Part shown: positions 1 through 5,553 of the stretch, piece after piece
Layout: every line of letters begins with the position of its first letter
Numbering within the stretch: the first letter of the stretch is position 1
IMG/VR virus record: IMGVR_UViG_3300045988_046501
Coordinates: 1 to 5,733 of that record
DNA: 5,733 nucleotides
Source: a virus
Strand: one strand, 5' to 3'
Made by a program: the position numbers and the translations under genes
The notes under the pieces: model-generated
Told to the model about the DNA's origin: nothing
Databases searched by the model: none
The model's input: only the letters and a program-made list of their open reading frames with translations

Positions 1-129
1 AGCGTCCCGGATTATATCACTTTCGGTATATCGTGTATTTTCCAGAGTACATGCCTTGATGTGTTCTAGTGATTTGATTTCTTTCTCTGTTAGGTTGATG
101 TTTATTCGTTTGACTATTTGACTTCTCAT
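1..129 (-). CDS. 5' part (first 43 codons) of the RHH gene. This is a duplicate partial copy created by the terminal redundancy; the intact gene is 5554..5721.
   Basis: ATG at 129->127 is preceded by AGGAGG (141->136) with a 6-nt spacer. The reading frame runs off the left edge of the window and continues at 5592 in the circle. Confidence 0.6.
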   Translation of the reverse strand, partial: MRSQIVKRININLTEKEIKSLEHIKACTLENTRYTESDIIRDA

Positions 130-141
130 GTTGTTCCTCCT
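1..141. repeat. Terminal redundancy: 1-141 is identical to 5593-5733 (assembly wrap-around of a circular genome, unit length about 5,592 nt)
   Basis: I compared the two 141-nt strings base by base and found no mismatch. The repeat cuts through a gene that is intact only when the ends are joined. Confidence 0.95.
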
Positions 142-169
142 AGATGAAGTGTGTGATTAGTACACTCAT

Positions 170-198
170 ATTATACACCTCCTGTTCTTTCCTGTCAA
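170..198 (-). promoter_or_regulatory. Perfect consensus sigma70/sigmaA-type promoter TTGACA-17 nt-TATAAT driving the RHH and Rep genes
   Basis: On the minus strand, TTGACA is at 198->193, a 17-nt spacer (ggaaagaacaggaggtg) at 192->176, and TATAAT at 175->170. The -35 box directly abuts the VP2 stop codon (201->199). The RHH SD and ATG lie about 30-40 nt downstream. Confidence 0.6.
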
Positions 199-1083
199 TT
201 AGTGTTTTATTTTGCCCTCAATTTTGCCGGATACTTCATATTCTTTGCTCTGTGTTTCTTCGCTGTACTGGTTCCTTTCTGTTTTGCTCAGCTGGCCTAC
301 CTGTCTTGCGCTGGAGTCTGTGATCTGGCTCATCATACCTTGCAGCTGTTCTGCTGTCCAGTAGTCATTTGACTGTTTGGCGCTGTTGATTGCTGCTTGC
401 ATGTTCGTCAGTACCTGTGCTGTGTTGTTACCATAGTCATACATGGCCTGCATTGTTGCCGTTTTGGCTGCTGGAATTGCCATTGCTTGTGTATGGCTGT
501 AGGTCTGACCTCCGCCCACTGATGCATAACCGCCGTTTGGAGTGCTTGCGCCGTATCCGTTGTAAGCCGCCAAGATCGGATTTAATCCTGCTGCTTTGAG
601 GTCTTTTACGCCTCTCTGATAGGCTGTGGAACTCATTCGTTCTTCCCAGTCTCTTTGCAGCTGTGCTTCCTTTGCGTTGTACCTCATTGCGCTGCTTTGG
701 CTTGCTGCACTCATTGCATTGGTTGCTAAGCTTGCTCCTAAGTTGATGATGTTTCCGAGTTTCCATTGACTGGTTTGCAGGTCGTTTGCTGTTGTTGCAC
801 TGCCTAAGTTGAAATCAGCTGCGGTTTGACTGTTGTTTCCTGTAGGCGTTCCCAGGGCTGTGGATAGTAGGTTTCCGAGTGCTGAGGTGTTGCCTGTCTG
901 CACACTTCCTCCGGCTCCTGTGGTGGTTTGAGTGTTGTTTCCGGTGACTGTACCACTCGAGATGGTATTGTTCATTGTGTTCTGTCCGGTTGCGCTGGAT
1001 GAATTGCCTTTGAGGTTTGAGTAGATGCTTGATAGCATTCCTGCTATTTGCAATCCACCCATGAGTGTTGTAAACAAGCCCAT
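199..1083 (-). CDS. VP2-like minor capsid / DNA pilot protein (functional analogue of phiX174 H), 294 aa
   Basis: Contains the gokushovirus VP2 hallmark block [37 protein letters not shown]. It has a hydrophobic N-terminus followed by a long S/T/N/G-rich low-complexity segment. The SD AAGGAGGGG lies 7 nt upstream of the ATG, and the gene sits immediately downstream of VP1. Confidence 0.85.
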   Translation of the reverse strand: MGLFTTLMGGLQIAGMLSSIYSNLKGNSSSATGQNTMNNTISSGTVTGNNTQTTTGAGGSVQTGNTSALGNLLSTALGTPTGNNSQTAADFNLGSATTANDLQTSQWKLGNIINLGASLATNAMSAASQSSAMRYNAKEAQLQRDWEERMSSTAYQRGVKDLKAAGLNPILAAYNGYGASTPNGGYASVGGGQTYSHTQAMAIPAAKTATMQAMYDYGNNTAQVLTNMQAAINSAKQSNDYWTAEQLQGMMSQITDSSARQVGQLSKTERNQYSEETQSKEYEVSGKIEGKIKH

Positions 1084-1095
1084 TTTGTCCCCTCC

Positions 1096-2778
1096 TTAAA
1101 TCGTTTCCAGGCCCGGGATGCTGTAGATCGGGAGAGGTCTTGTCCACGTCTGGTCGAAGTAGAAGTTGCAGATGAATTGATGGCTGTTGGAGCTCTGAAC
1201 TGCCAATGTTCGGTCGATGTTTGTTTTATTTTCTGTTATCCATCTTCCGCTTAGTTTTGGCAGCTCGTTGTATTTGTCCGCATAGTGCCATGCATCCAGT
1301 GTCTGTGCGTAGGTGCTGCGCATTTCGCTCGTTACCATGTTTGTGCGGTACCTGTAATCGGCCCAGGCTTCCTGGTAGCCAAAAACCTCTTCATCTTGTG
1401 CGGTTCCCTGTGCATAGATTTCCTGATTTAAAACGGCTTGTTCGCCCAGGTTTGCCAGCATTGGGTCATAGTAGCTGAATCTGGTGCTCCGCGTCCACAT
1501 TCGCGCAAGGCCTTGCTGATAGCTGTGTTCTACTCGTACTGCCGCCAGTCCAATGATGAATCCATGTTCTGTTGCCGAATAGGTGCACATGTTTCTGGAC
1601 ATGGTTGTCATACTGTATGCGCCGGTGTTGCCCTGCGGACTTGTGCTGTCTGTGCTGGAGGTCTGCACTACCTGATTGATGTTGATTGGCAGTCTGTATC
1701 CGCCAATGTATTCGCTTCGGTCGAGTCTTGCATCCGGCGAGGTGACCCCCCAGGCCCCCTGTAAGATTTCTTTGTACCTGGTGCCGGTTCTGGCATCTCG
1801 TTCCAGAATATGTTGTACTGCGATTGCTTGTCTGAGTTCGTTGATGGTTGTGCTTGTGGTATTGCTCAGATCTGCGCCGATGTAAGTTGTTTTGGTTGGG
1901 TTAATATTCCCTTGTTCTACGAAATTATAGTCGTCTTTTGCTTTTCCAATCAGCCTGCTTTGGAATTTTTGGATATCATCAAGGTCGAAATGTTGCTGAA
2001 GTTCTGCTTCTGTGTCTCCCCATGTCCATGGCGAGTAGTATATTTCTGGTTTTCCGATTGCGGCCGCTTGTTTTGTCATTTCTTTATCAGTGTATGTTCT
2101 GATTGGTGCGTTGCCTGTCAGTGGCAGCGTCACTGCTTCGCCTTTTTGAGGGCTCGGCAGGCAGCTTGTGAAGTAGTCTTTATATTTGGTTACTTTTAAG
2201 ACTTGTCCGCCTCTTTCCGGTGAATTTAGCCCGTCACTATCTTCGTTTGCTCCGTCCGTTGTTTCGTCTCCTGTGCTCATTGGCCGTGGTTCGCTAAGAT
2301 TTTCGTCTCTGAACCACTCATTCCAGATTTTTGTGTATGCTCGTAACGGTAGGCTGTTTACTTCTATGTTTTCAACGCCTGTCGGGATTCCGAAGTAATC
2401 AGCGACAGTTCCGACCTTCCATCCGCCTTTCGGTGCTTTGGTTTTCGGAGTCGTGTACTCTATGGGTTCCGCCCAGTAACTGCTGTCGTTCTGTCCCATG
2501 AGGTTTTCAAAGTGATCCCACAGCAGACGTGACGGCACGAAGAAGAAGTAGAAGTCGCAGTTGCAGTTATCCATGACCGGATAGAGTGGTGTACTCATTC
2601 TCATGAGTGCGTTCATGCTGATTTTTGCGGTATCGCCCGGCAAAACTTCATCACAGTAGATTGGCACCAGATCGCCCTCGTTGATTGTCGTCAGCAGGTT
2701 AAAATCTCGTTTGAATCGTGATCTCCGGATTTCTGCTCGTGGCACTTGTGCATAGTGCTGTTCGCTGTTTCGATTCAT
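1096..2778 (-). CDS. VP1 major capsid protein (Microviridae F-protein family), 560 aa
   Basis: Characteristic blocks are present: RSRFKRDFNLLTTINEGDLVPIYCDEVLPGDT, DFYFFFVPSRLLW, INELRQAIAVQHILERDARTGTRYKEIL, QVVQTSST, EHGFIIGLAAVR..YQQG, LANLGEQAVLNQEIY and FGYQEAWADYRY. The SD is AAAGGAG. The ATG overlaps the VP3 stop (ATGA). Confidence 0.97.
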   Translation of the reverse strand: MNRNSEQHYAQVPRAEIRRSRFKRDFNLLTTINEGDLVPIYCDEVLPGDTAKISMNALMRMSTPLYPVMDNCNCDFYFFFVPSRLLWDHFENLMGQNDSSYWAEPIEYTTPKTKAPKGGWKVGTVADYFGIPTGVENIEVNSLPLRAYTKIWNEWFRDENLSEPRPMSTGDETTDGANEDSDGLNSPERGGQVLKVTKYKDYFTSCLPSPQKGEAVTLPLTGNAPIRTYTDKEMTKQAAAIGKPEIYYSPWTWGDTEAELQQHFDLDDIQKFQSRLIGKAKDDYNFVEQGNINPTKTTYIGADLSNTTSTTINELRQAIAVQHILERDARTGTRYKEILQGAWGVTSPDARLDRSEYIGGYRLPININQVVQTSSTDSTSPQGNTGAYSMTTMSRNMCTYSATEHGFIIGLAAVRVEHSYQQGLARMWTRSTRFSYYDPMLANLGEQAVLNQEIYAQGTAQDEEVFGYQEAWADYRYRTNMVTSEMRSTYAQTLDAWHYADKYNELPKLSGRWITENKTNIDRTLAVQSSNSHQFICNFYFDQTWTRPLPIYSIPGLETI

Positions 2779-3269
2779 TTATTTTCTCCTTTTTGCACAT
2801 CTTTTTCCGTTGCTGCAGCGGTTTCTTTTTGTGCATTTTGCTGTTTTTCAAAGCCCATGGCTTTCATCCAGTTTTCATCACCTGCGGTTGCTGCCCACTT
2901 TTCAAAGGACATTCCGAACGCTGCCCGGATGTTGAGCGGCAGTTTTTCGAATTTTTCTCGCTGTTCGTTCATGAGGTTCATGAATTCGGTGTAGCTGCTC
3001 GGTAGCTTGCTGGTGTCGATGTACCAGCCCGGTTTTGCAAGGGCAGTCTGATCTCCGGCTGCGTATCGGCTGAGGATGCTCATAATGTCGCATTCATCCC
3101 GGTAACTCTGGATTTTTTCATAGACGTTTACTTCGCCCACTTTTTCGAGATAGGCTACGCCTCGTTCATCATACCGCTCCTTATACTGCGGTTCCATGAT
3201 GCTGCCTGGATCGTTGAACAGCGCTGGCGGTTTTTCGTCTTCGTATGGTTTAAAGATTCTTACTGCCAT
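2775..3269 (-). CDS. VP3-like internal scaffolding protein, 164 aa
   Basis: The size, acidic and helical character, and motifs typical of gokushovirus VP3 (YEKIQSYRDECDI..IL.RYAAGD and FEKLPLNIRAAF) all fit. The SD is AAAGGAG. Translation appears coupled to VP1 through a 4-nt overlap. Confidence 0.8.
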   Translation of the reverse strand: MAVRIFKPYEDEKPPALFNDPGSIMEPQYKERYDERGVAYLEKVGEVNVYEKIQSYRDECDIMSILSRYAAGDQTALAKPGWYIDTSKLPSSYTEFMNLMNEQREKFEKLPLNIRAAFGMSFEKWAATAGDENWMKAMGFEKQQNAQKETAAATEKDVQKGENK

Positions 3270-3513
3270 TTTCCTGCTCCTTTTTCATGATTTCGAGGTT
3301 ATAGACCATCTCCGGCATTCCGTTCGGCACGATTTGGCCGCTTTCGTTGTCGTACTGGGCCATCAGATAGACTCGTTTGTCTTCCGTGTCGCTCTTTTCC
3401 ATCTCCTGTGCCATCCACTTAAAGGTGCGTGCTGCCACCTTTTCGTTGACTACCATCAGATTGCCGAAAGTCCCGGCCAGTTCGTCTTTTACTGCATATA
3501 CCTGAAAAATCAT
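3250..3513 (-). CDS. VP5-like small non-structural protein, 87 aa
   Basis: The N-terminal pattern MIFQVYAVKDELAGTFGNLMVVNEKVAARTF and the later YLMAQYDNESGQIVP resemble, from memory, the conserved ~85-aa gokushovirus ORF5 family. The SD GGAG lies 8 nt upstream. The gene overlaps the VP3 start by 20 nt. Confidence 0.55.
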   Translation of the reverse strand: MIFQVYAVKDELAGTFGNLMVVNEKVAARTFKWMAQEMEKSDTEDKRVYLMAQYDNESGQIVPNGMPEMVYNLEIMKKEQENGSKNL

Positions 3514-3525
3514 GTTTTTTTCTCC

Positions 3526-3645
3526 TTACAGTCGGATACCACCCCGAGACGGCTTCGGGTTGATATTGATTTTCTTCGTCTTCTTTGCCGTGTTGGTGAA
3601 GATTTTCTTATCCTTTTTCGGATTTACGGGCATTCTGTGTGCCAT
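3526..3645 (-). CDS. Small, highly basic DNA-binding/packaging protein (gokushovirus ORF8-like, analogue of phiX174 J), 39 aa. It is below the ORF-track length cutoff.
   Basis: My hand translation gives MAHRMPVNPKKDKKIFTNTAKKTKKININPKPSRGGIRL*. The SD AAGGAGGAG lies 5 nt before the ATG at 3645. The protein is K/R-rich with a C-terminal RGGxRL motif typical of these proteins. Its stop overlaps the SD of the next gene. Confidence 0.6.
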   Translation of the reverse strand: MAHRMPVNPKKDKKIFTNTAKKTKKININPKPSRGGIRL

Positions 3646-3755
3646 TTTTACTCCTCCTTATCGAGTTCCAAAGCGTGATAGATTTTGTCCAGCATGGCCA
3701 GGATCTTCCGAAGCTGGTTGAAGATTCCCTTGACGTCTCTCAAAGTAATTATTGG

Positions 3756-4139
3756 TTATACCCCCTTTCTGTAAAAGTCTTTTCTTACATCGACATGCAC
3801 AAAGTTTGTGTATAAGATCACTCCTCCGTGTGTGCCGAGGATTTCACTTGCTGTCTGAGCTACTTTTCGAGGACTTACATTTTTCACCCAGATGTCCGCT
3901 GCCATTCCGGCCAGGTGGTAGCTGTAAGCTTTTCCGCCTACTTTTTCATTCCATTTTTCGGTTCTGAACCCTGAGTTGATGTGCAGTACTCCGAGTCTGT
4001 TTCGGATTTCCTGCAGCAGCTCTGCCAGTTCATCTGCTATCAGCACAAGATCGCTGCCATCTTTACAGGCATATTCCCTGACCTTGAAATTTTCTGTCAC
4101 TTGTCCGTTTCTGTCGTTGTGCATTCTGTAGATTTTCAC
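3756..4139 (-). CDS. Zinc D,D- or L,D-peptidoglycan peptidase, Peptidase_M15 (M15A/M15_3, LAS-fold) family, 127 aa; a putative endolysin
   Basis: The family signature is readable: FKVREYACKDG ... INSGFRTEKWNEKVGGKAYSYHLAGMAADI (H-x6-D zinc ligands) ... FVHVDVR (third His, then Asp). The start is GTG at 4139, with GGGGGA 8 nt upstream. The nearby ATG at 4141 is immediately followed by TGA. There is no signal peptide, transmembrane segment or wall-binding domain. Confidence 0.85.
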   Translation of the reverse strand: MKIYRMHNDRNGQVTENFKVREYACKDGSDLVLIADELAELLQEIRNRLGVLHINSGFRTEKWNEKVGGKAYSYHLAGMAADIWVKNVSPRKVAQTASEILGTHGGVILYTNFVHVDVRKDFYRKGV

Positions 4140-4163
4140 ATTTTTAATCCCCCTTTCGTTTTT

Positions 4164-4190
4164 ATTTTAGCAAAAAAAAAAAAATTGCAA
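4164..4190 (-). promoter_or_regulatory. Candidate late promoter with an extended -10 element: TTGCAA - 15 nt (T13 GC) - TAAAAT, with TGn directly upstream of the -10
   Basis: The minus strand reads ccTTGCAA-TTTTTTTTTTTTT-GC-TAAAAT-aaaaacgaaaGGGGGAttaaaaatGTG. TGC at 4172->4170 gives TGnTAAAAT. The promoter sits just upstream of the first gene of the structural block. The 15-nt spacer is short, so the -35 assignment is weak. Confidence 0.4.
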
Positions 4191-4211
4191 GGTCTTTGTT
4201 TGAGGCCTTGC
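4172..4211 (-). terminator. Intrinsic (Rho-independent) terminator downstream of Rep
   Basis: The minus-strand RNA would be GCAAGG-CCUCAAACAAAGA-CCUUGC-AA-U13. The stem pairs 4211-4206 with 4192-4187, and two further pairs are possible inside the loop. A 13-nt U tract (4184->4172) follows. Confidence 0.55.
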
Positions 4212-4215
4212 GCTA

Positions 4216-4234
4216 GGCACGGTTGCCCCGTGCC
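4216..4234. other. GC-rich hairpin B: GGCACGG-ttgcc-CCGTGCC (7-bp perfect stem, 5-nt loop)
   Basis: Read directly from the sequence. It lies in the largest non-coding region, and its function is unknown. Confidence 0.5.
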
Positions 4235-4245
4235 GTATGAAAAGC

Positions 4246-4283
4246 AAGGCGCAACCCAGTGTTCTGCATCCGGATTGCGCCTT
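4246..4283. other. Hairpin C: AAGGCGCAA-20 nt-TTGCGCCTT (9-bp perfect stem)
   Basis: Read directly from the sequence. On the coding strand it begins 13 nt after the Rep stop codon. Confidence 0.5.
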
Positions 4284-4296
4284 TAATTGCCGTTCC

Positions 4297-5406
4297 TTAT
4301 ATTTCGTCTCTTATCAGTTTTTTGAATTTGTCTTGAATTAGTTGATTTTCCTTGTTATAATATTCCTGTAGGGTTAAGCCGTTGTTCTGTTTGAGCTTAG
4401 CGAAGAGTGCGTCATTTGCGAGTTTACGACGCTTTCTTTTTATCGCTTTAAGTTCATCGGACTCGGCTTTTTCTGTTATCAGCTCAATATCTTCTACTTC
4501 TGATTTCGAGAGTGGTTTTTTCAGACATTGTGCATCATACAGCTTGTCGAAATATCGTGGTGGTTTGCACACTTTCCCATTTTTCAGTTGAATCTTGTCG
4601 TTTTCGTAGATTTCCTTGCTGTGTTCTTCAAAATATCTCGCTCCAATTGCTGGTCTTTTGCTCATGTTGCATTTTTCTGGCAGAATTCCGAGCTCGTTAT
4701 AAAATTCTTTGCCCTCCTTTCCGTATACCTTTTTTGTGGTGTATCTGGCTGTGTATGCCATTGCTTTCCATTCTGCTGGAGCAATGACAACATAACCCAA
4801 ACCCCACAATTTTGTAATCCAATCGACGTTGTAATATACAGCGCCGTTTTTCTTTTTGTAGATCTTCAACTCTTCATTTTTTATCGGTAAATCGTAAACT
4901 ATTGCATGATAATGTGGCCTGTGTGTTTTTCCACCGTATTCACCACATTGAAAGTACATCAGTTGACCGCAGTTTTTTTCATGGTATCTGATGTGATCTC
5001 TGAGCCGTTTCCAAAATTTTTGCATGTCATCATACTTGAGCGAGTAGTTTTCGGTGTAGATTTCGCCTGTTTCCTCGTTCCATACTGCTCGAAGTGGTAC
5101 ATGCTCTTCATCGTATGTCAAGGTGATGAACCATGCATTTTTATGATACGGCAATTCTAATTCCATTCGGTTTGCCCAGCTGCTTGCTGCTGCCATTTTG
5201 CAAGCCGGACAGTGTCCACATGGTAGTAGCTGTGCATCCTGGTTCTTCAGCTGCTCTTTGATTTTTTTCTCGTTCCTGGCTTGAGTCTTTTTGTCTGCGT
5301 TCTGGTTCAAGAATAAGCCTGTGTGTTCTATGTACCCTTTCAGGCTGACTATGCGGTATTCTCCGCTTTTGGTCGGTACTCTTATGAGTGGTCTTGTACA
5401 TGCCAT
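4297..5406 (-). CDS. VP4 replication initiation protein (HUH rolling-circle endonuclease, phiX174 A-protein superfamily), 369 aa from the ATG
   Basis: Motifs present: LPCGHCPACK, motif 1 FITLTY, motif 2 RPHYHAIVY (HUH), and motif 3 AYTARYTTKK (two catalytic tyrosines, Y-x3-Y). I chose the ATG at 5406 (MACTRPL..., a typical VP4 N-terminus) over the TTG at 5442 used by the ORF track. GGAGGAGG lies 14 nt upstream of that ATG. Confidence 0.93.
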   Translation of the reverse strand: MACTRPLIRVPTKSGEYRIVSLKGYIEHTGLFLNQNADKKTQARNEKKIKEQLKNQDAQLLPCGHCPACKMAAASSWANRMELELPYHKNAWFITLTYDEEHVPLRAVWNEETGEIYTENYSLKYDDMQKFWKRLRDHIRYHEKNCGQLMYFQCGEYGGKTHRPHYHAIVYDLPIKNEELKIYKKKNGAVYYNVDWITKLWGLGYVVIAPAEWKAMAYTARYTTKKVYGKEGKEFYNELGILPEKCNMSKRPAIGARYFEEHSKEIYENDKIQLKNGKVCKPPRYFDKLYDAQCLKKPLSKSEVEDIELITEKAESDELKAIKRKRRKLANDALFAKLKQNNGLTLQEYYNKENQLIQDKFKKLIRDEI

Positions 5407-5429
5407 ATTGTTTCGTTGCACCTCCTCCC

Positions 5430-5472
5430 CAATGGGCCCCAATAACTCTCTTGATGTTATTGGGGCCCATTG
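5430..5472. repeat. Perfect 17-bp inverted repeat with a 9-nt loop: CAATGGGCCCCAATAAC-tctcttgat-GTTATTGGGGCCCATTG
   Basis: The arms are 5430-5446 and 5456-5472, with no mismatch. Each arm contains GGGCCC. On the coding strand the stem ends exactly where the Rep SD (GGGAGGAGG) begins. Confidence 0.9.
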
Positions 5473-5553
5473 ACAGAAAATTTAGCTCTTGCCCAAAAAA
5501 ACCTATGGACAGATGTTGCAGAACTGGACGGGTCTCCCCGGCCATGTTCGTTT

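Noticed and set aside
1-141. The terminal direct repeat might be a biological feature such as DTRs, an LTR-like element or a duplicated regulatory region.
   Set aside because: Microvirus genomes are covalently closed circles. The repeat is exact, sits precisely at both ends of the record, and bisects a gene that is whole only when the ends are joined. That is the signature of an assembler wrapping around a circle.
142-198. A dif/XerCD-like or other attachment site, and any integrase, as evidence for lysogeny by integration.
   Set aside because: No integrase or recombinase ORF exists in any frame. I could not recognise a dif-like 11-6-11 motif in any of the three non-coding regions. The AT-rich stretch around TATAAT aligns poorly to the E. 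coli or Bacillus dif sequences as I recall them. A proper motif scan would be needed to be sure.
437-1147. Alternative-frame minus-strand ORFs nested in VP2 and the VP1 end (437..766, 815..1147) and in VP3 (2902..3093). I considered them as possible embedded genes by analogy with phiX174 E and K.
   Set aside because: None has an SD before its start. The products are hydrophilic and Arg/His/Ser/Gln-rich with no transmembrane helix, so none resembles a lysis or holin peptide. Open alternative frames are expected from the compositional bias. I cannot exclude them without conservation analysis.
3648-3743. A 31-codon ORF (TTG start; LRDVKGIFNQLRKILAMLDKIYHALELDKEE) in the 110-nt gap after the peptidase. 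It is in the same frame as the peptidase, five codons beyond its TAA stop, so it could be a read-through extension or a coupled micro-gene.
   Set aside because: It has no ATG apart from a 15-codon tail, and no SD at a workable distance. It is amphipathic but not hydrophobic, so it is not holin-like. TAA is a strong stop codon. I kept it only as a low-probability candidate, which ribosome profiling or conservation analysis could test.
5407-5442. The 12-codon N-terminal extension of Rep used by the ORF track (TTG start at 5442, MGPIGEEVQRNN...).
   Set aside because: The extension would be translated from the palindrome arm and from the GGAGGAGG SD itself, and it has no SD of its own. The ATG at 5406 yields MACTRPL..., which matches typical VP4 N-termini.
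5391-5472. An antisense RNA on the plus strand covering the Rep start and SD and ending in the 17-bp hairpin, by analogy with RNAII of pMV158. A possible promoter is TTATGA-16-CATATT.
   Set aside because: The promoter match is poor (about 3/6 and 4/6), and the hairpin is followed on the plus strand by ACAGAAAATTT rather than a T-tract. It is pure analogy, testable only by strand-specific RNA-seq.
5141-5545. A 134-aa minus-strand ORF that starts 9 nt after the RHH stop, reads through the 17-bp palindrome, and overlaps the first ~266 nt of Rep in another frame.
   Set aside because: It has no SD, is low-complexity and basic, and has no motif. The region is better explained as non-coding regulatory DNA plus Rep. 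It would be worth revisiting only if the frame proves conserved with synonymous-site suppression in Rep.
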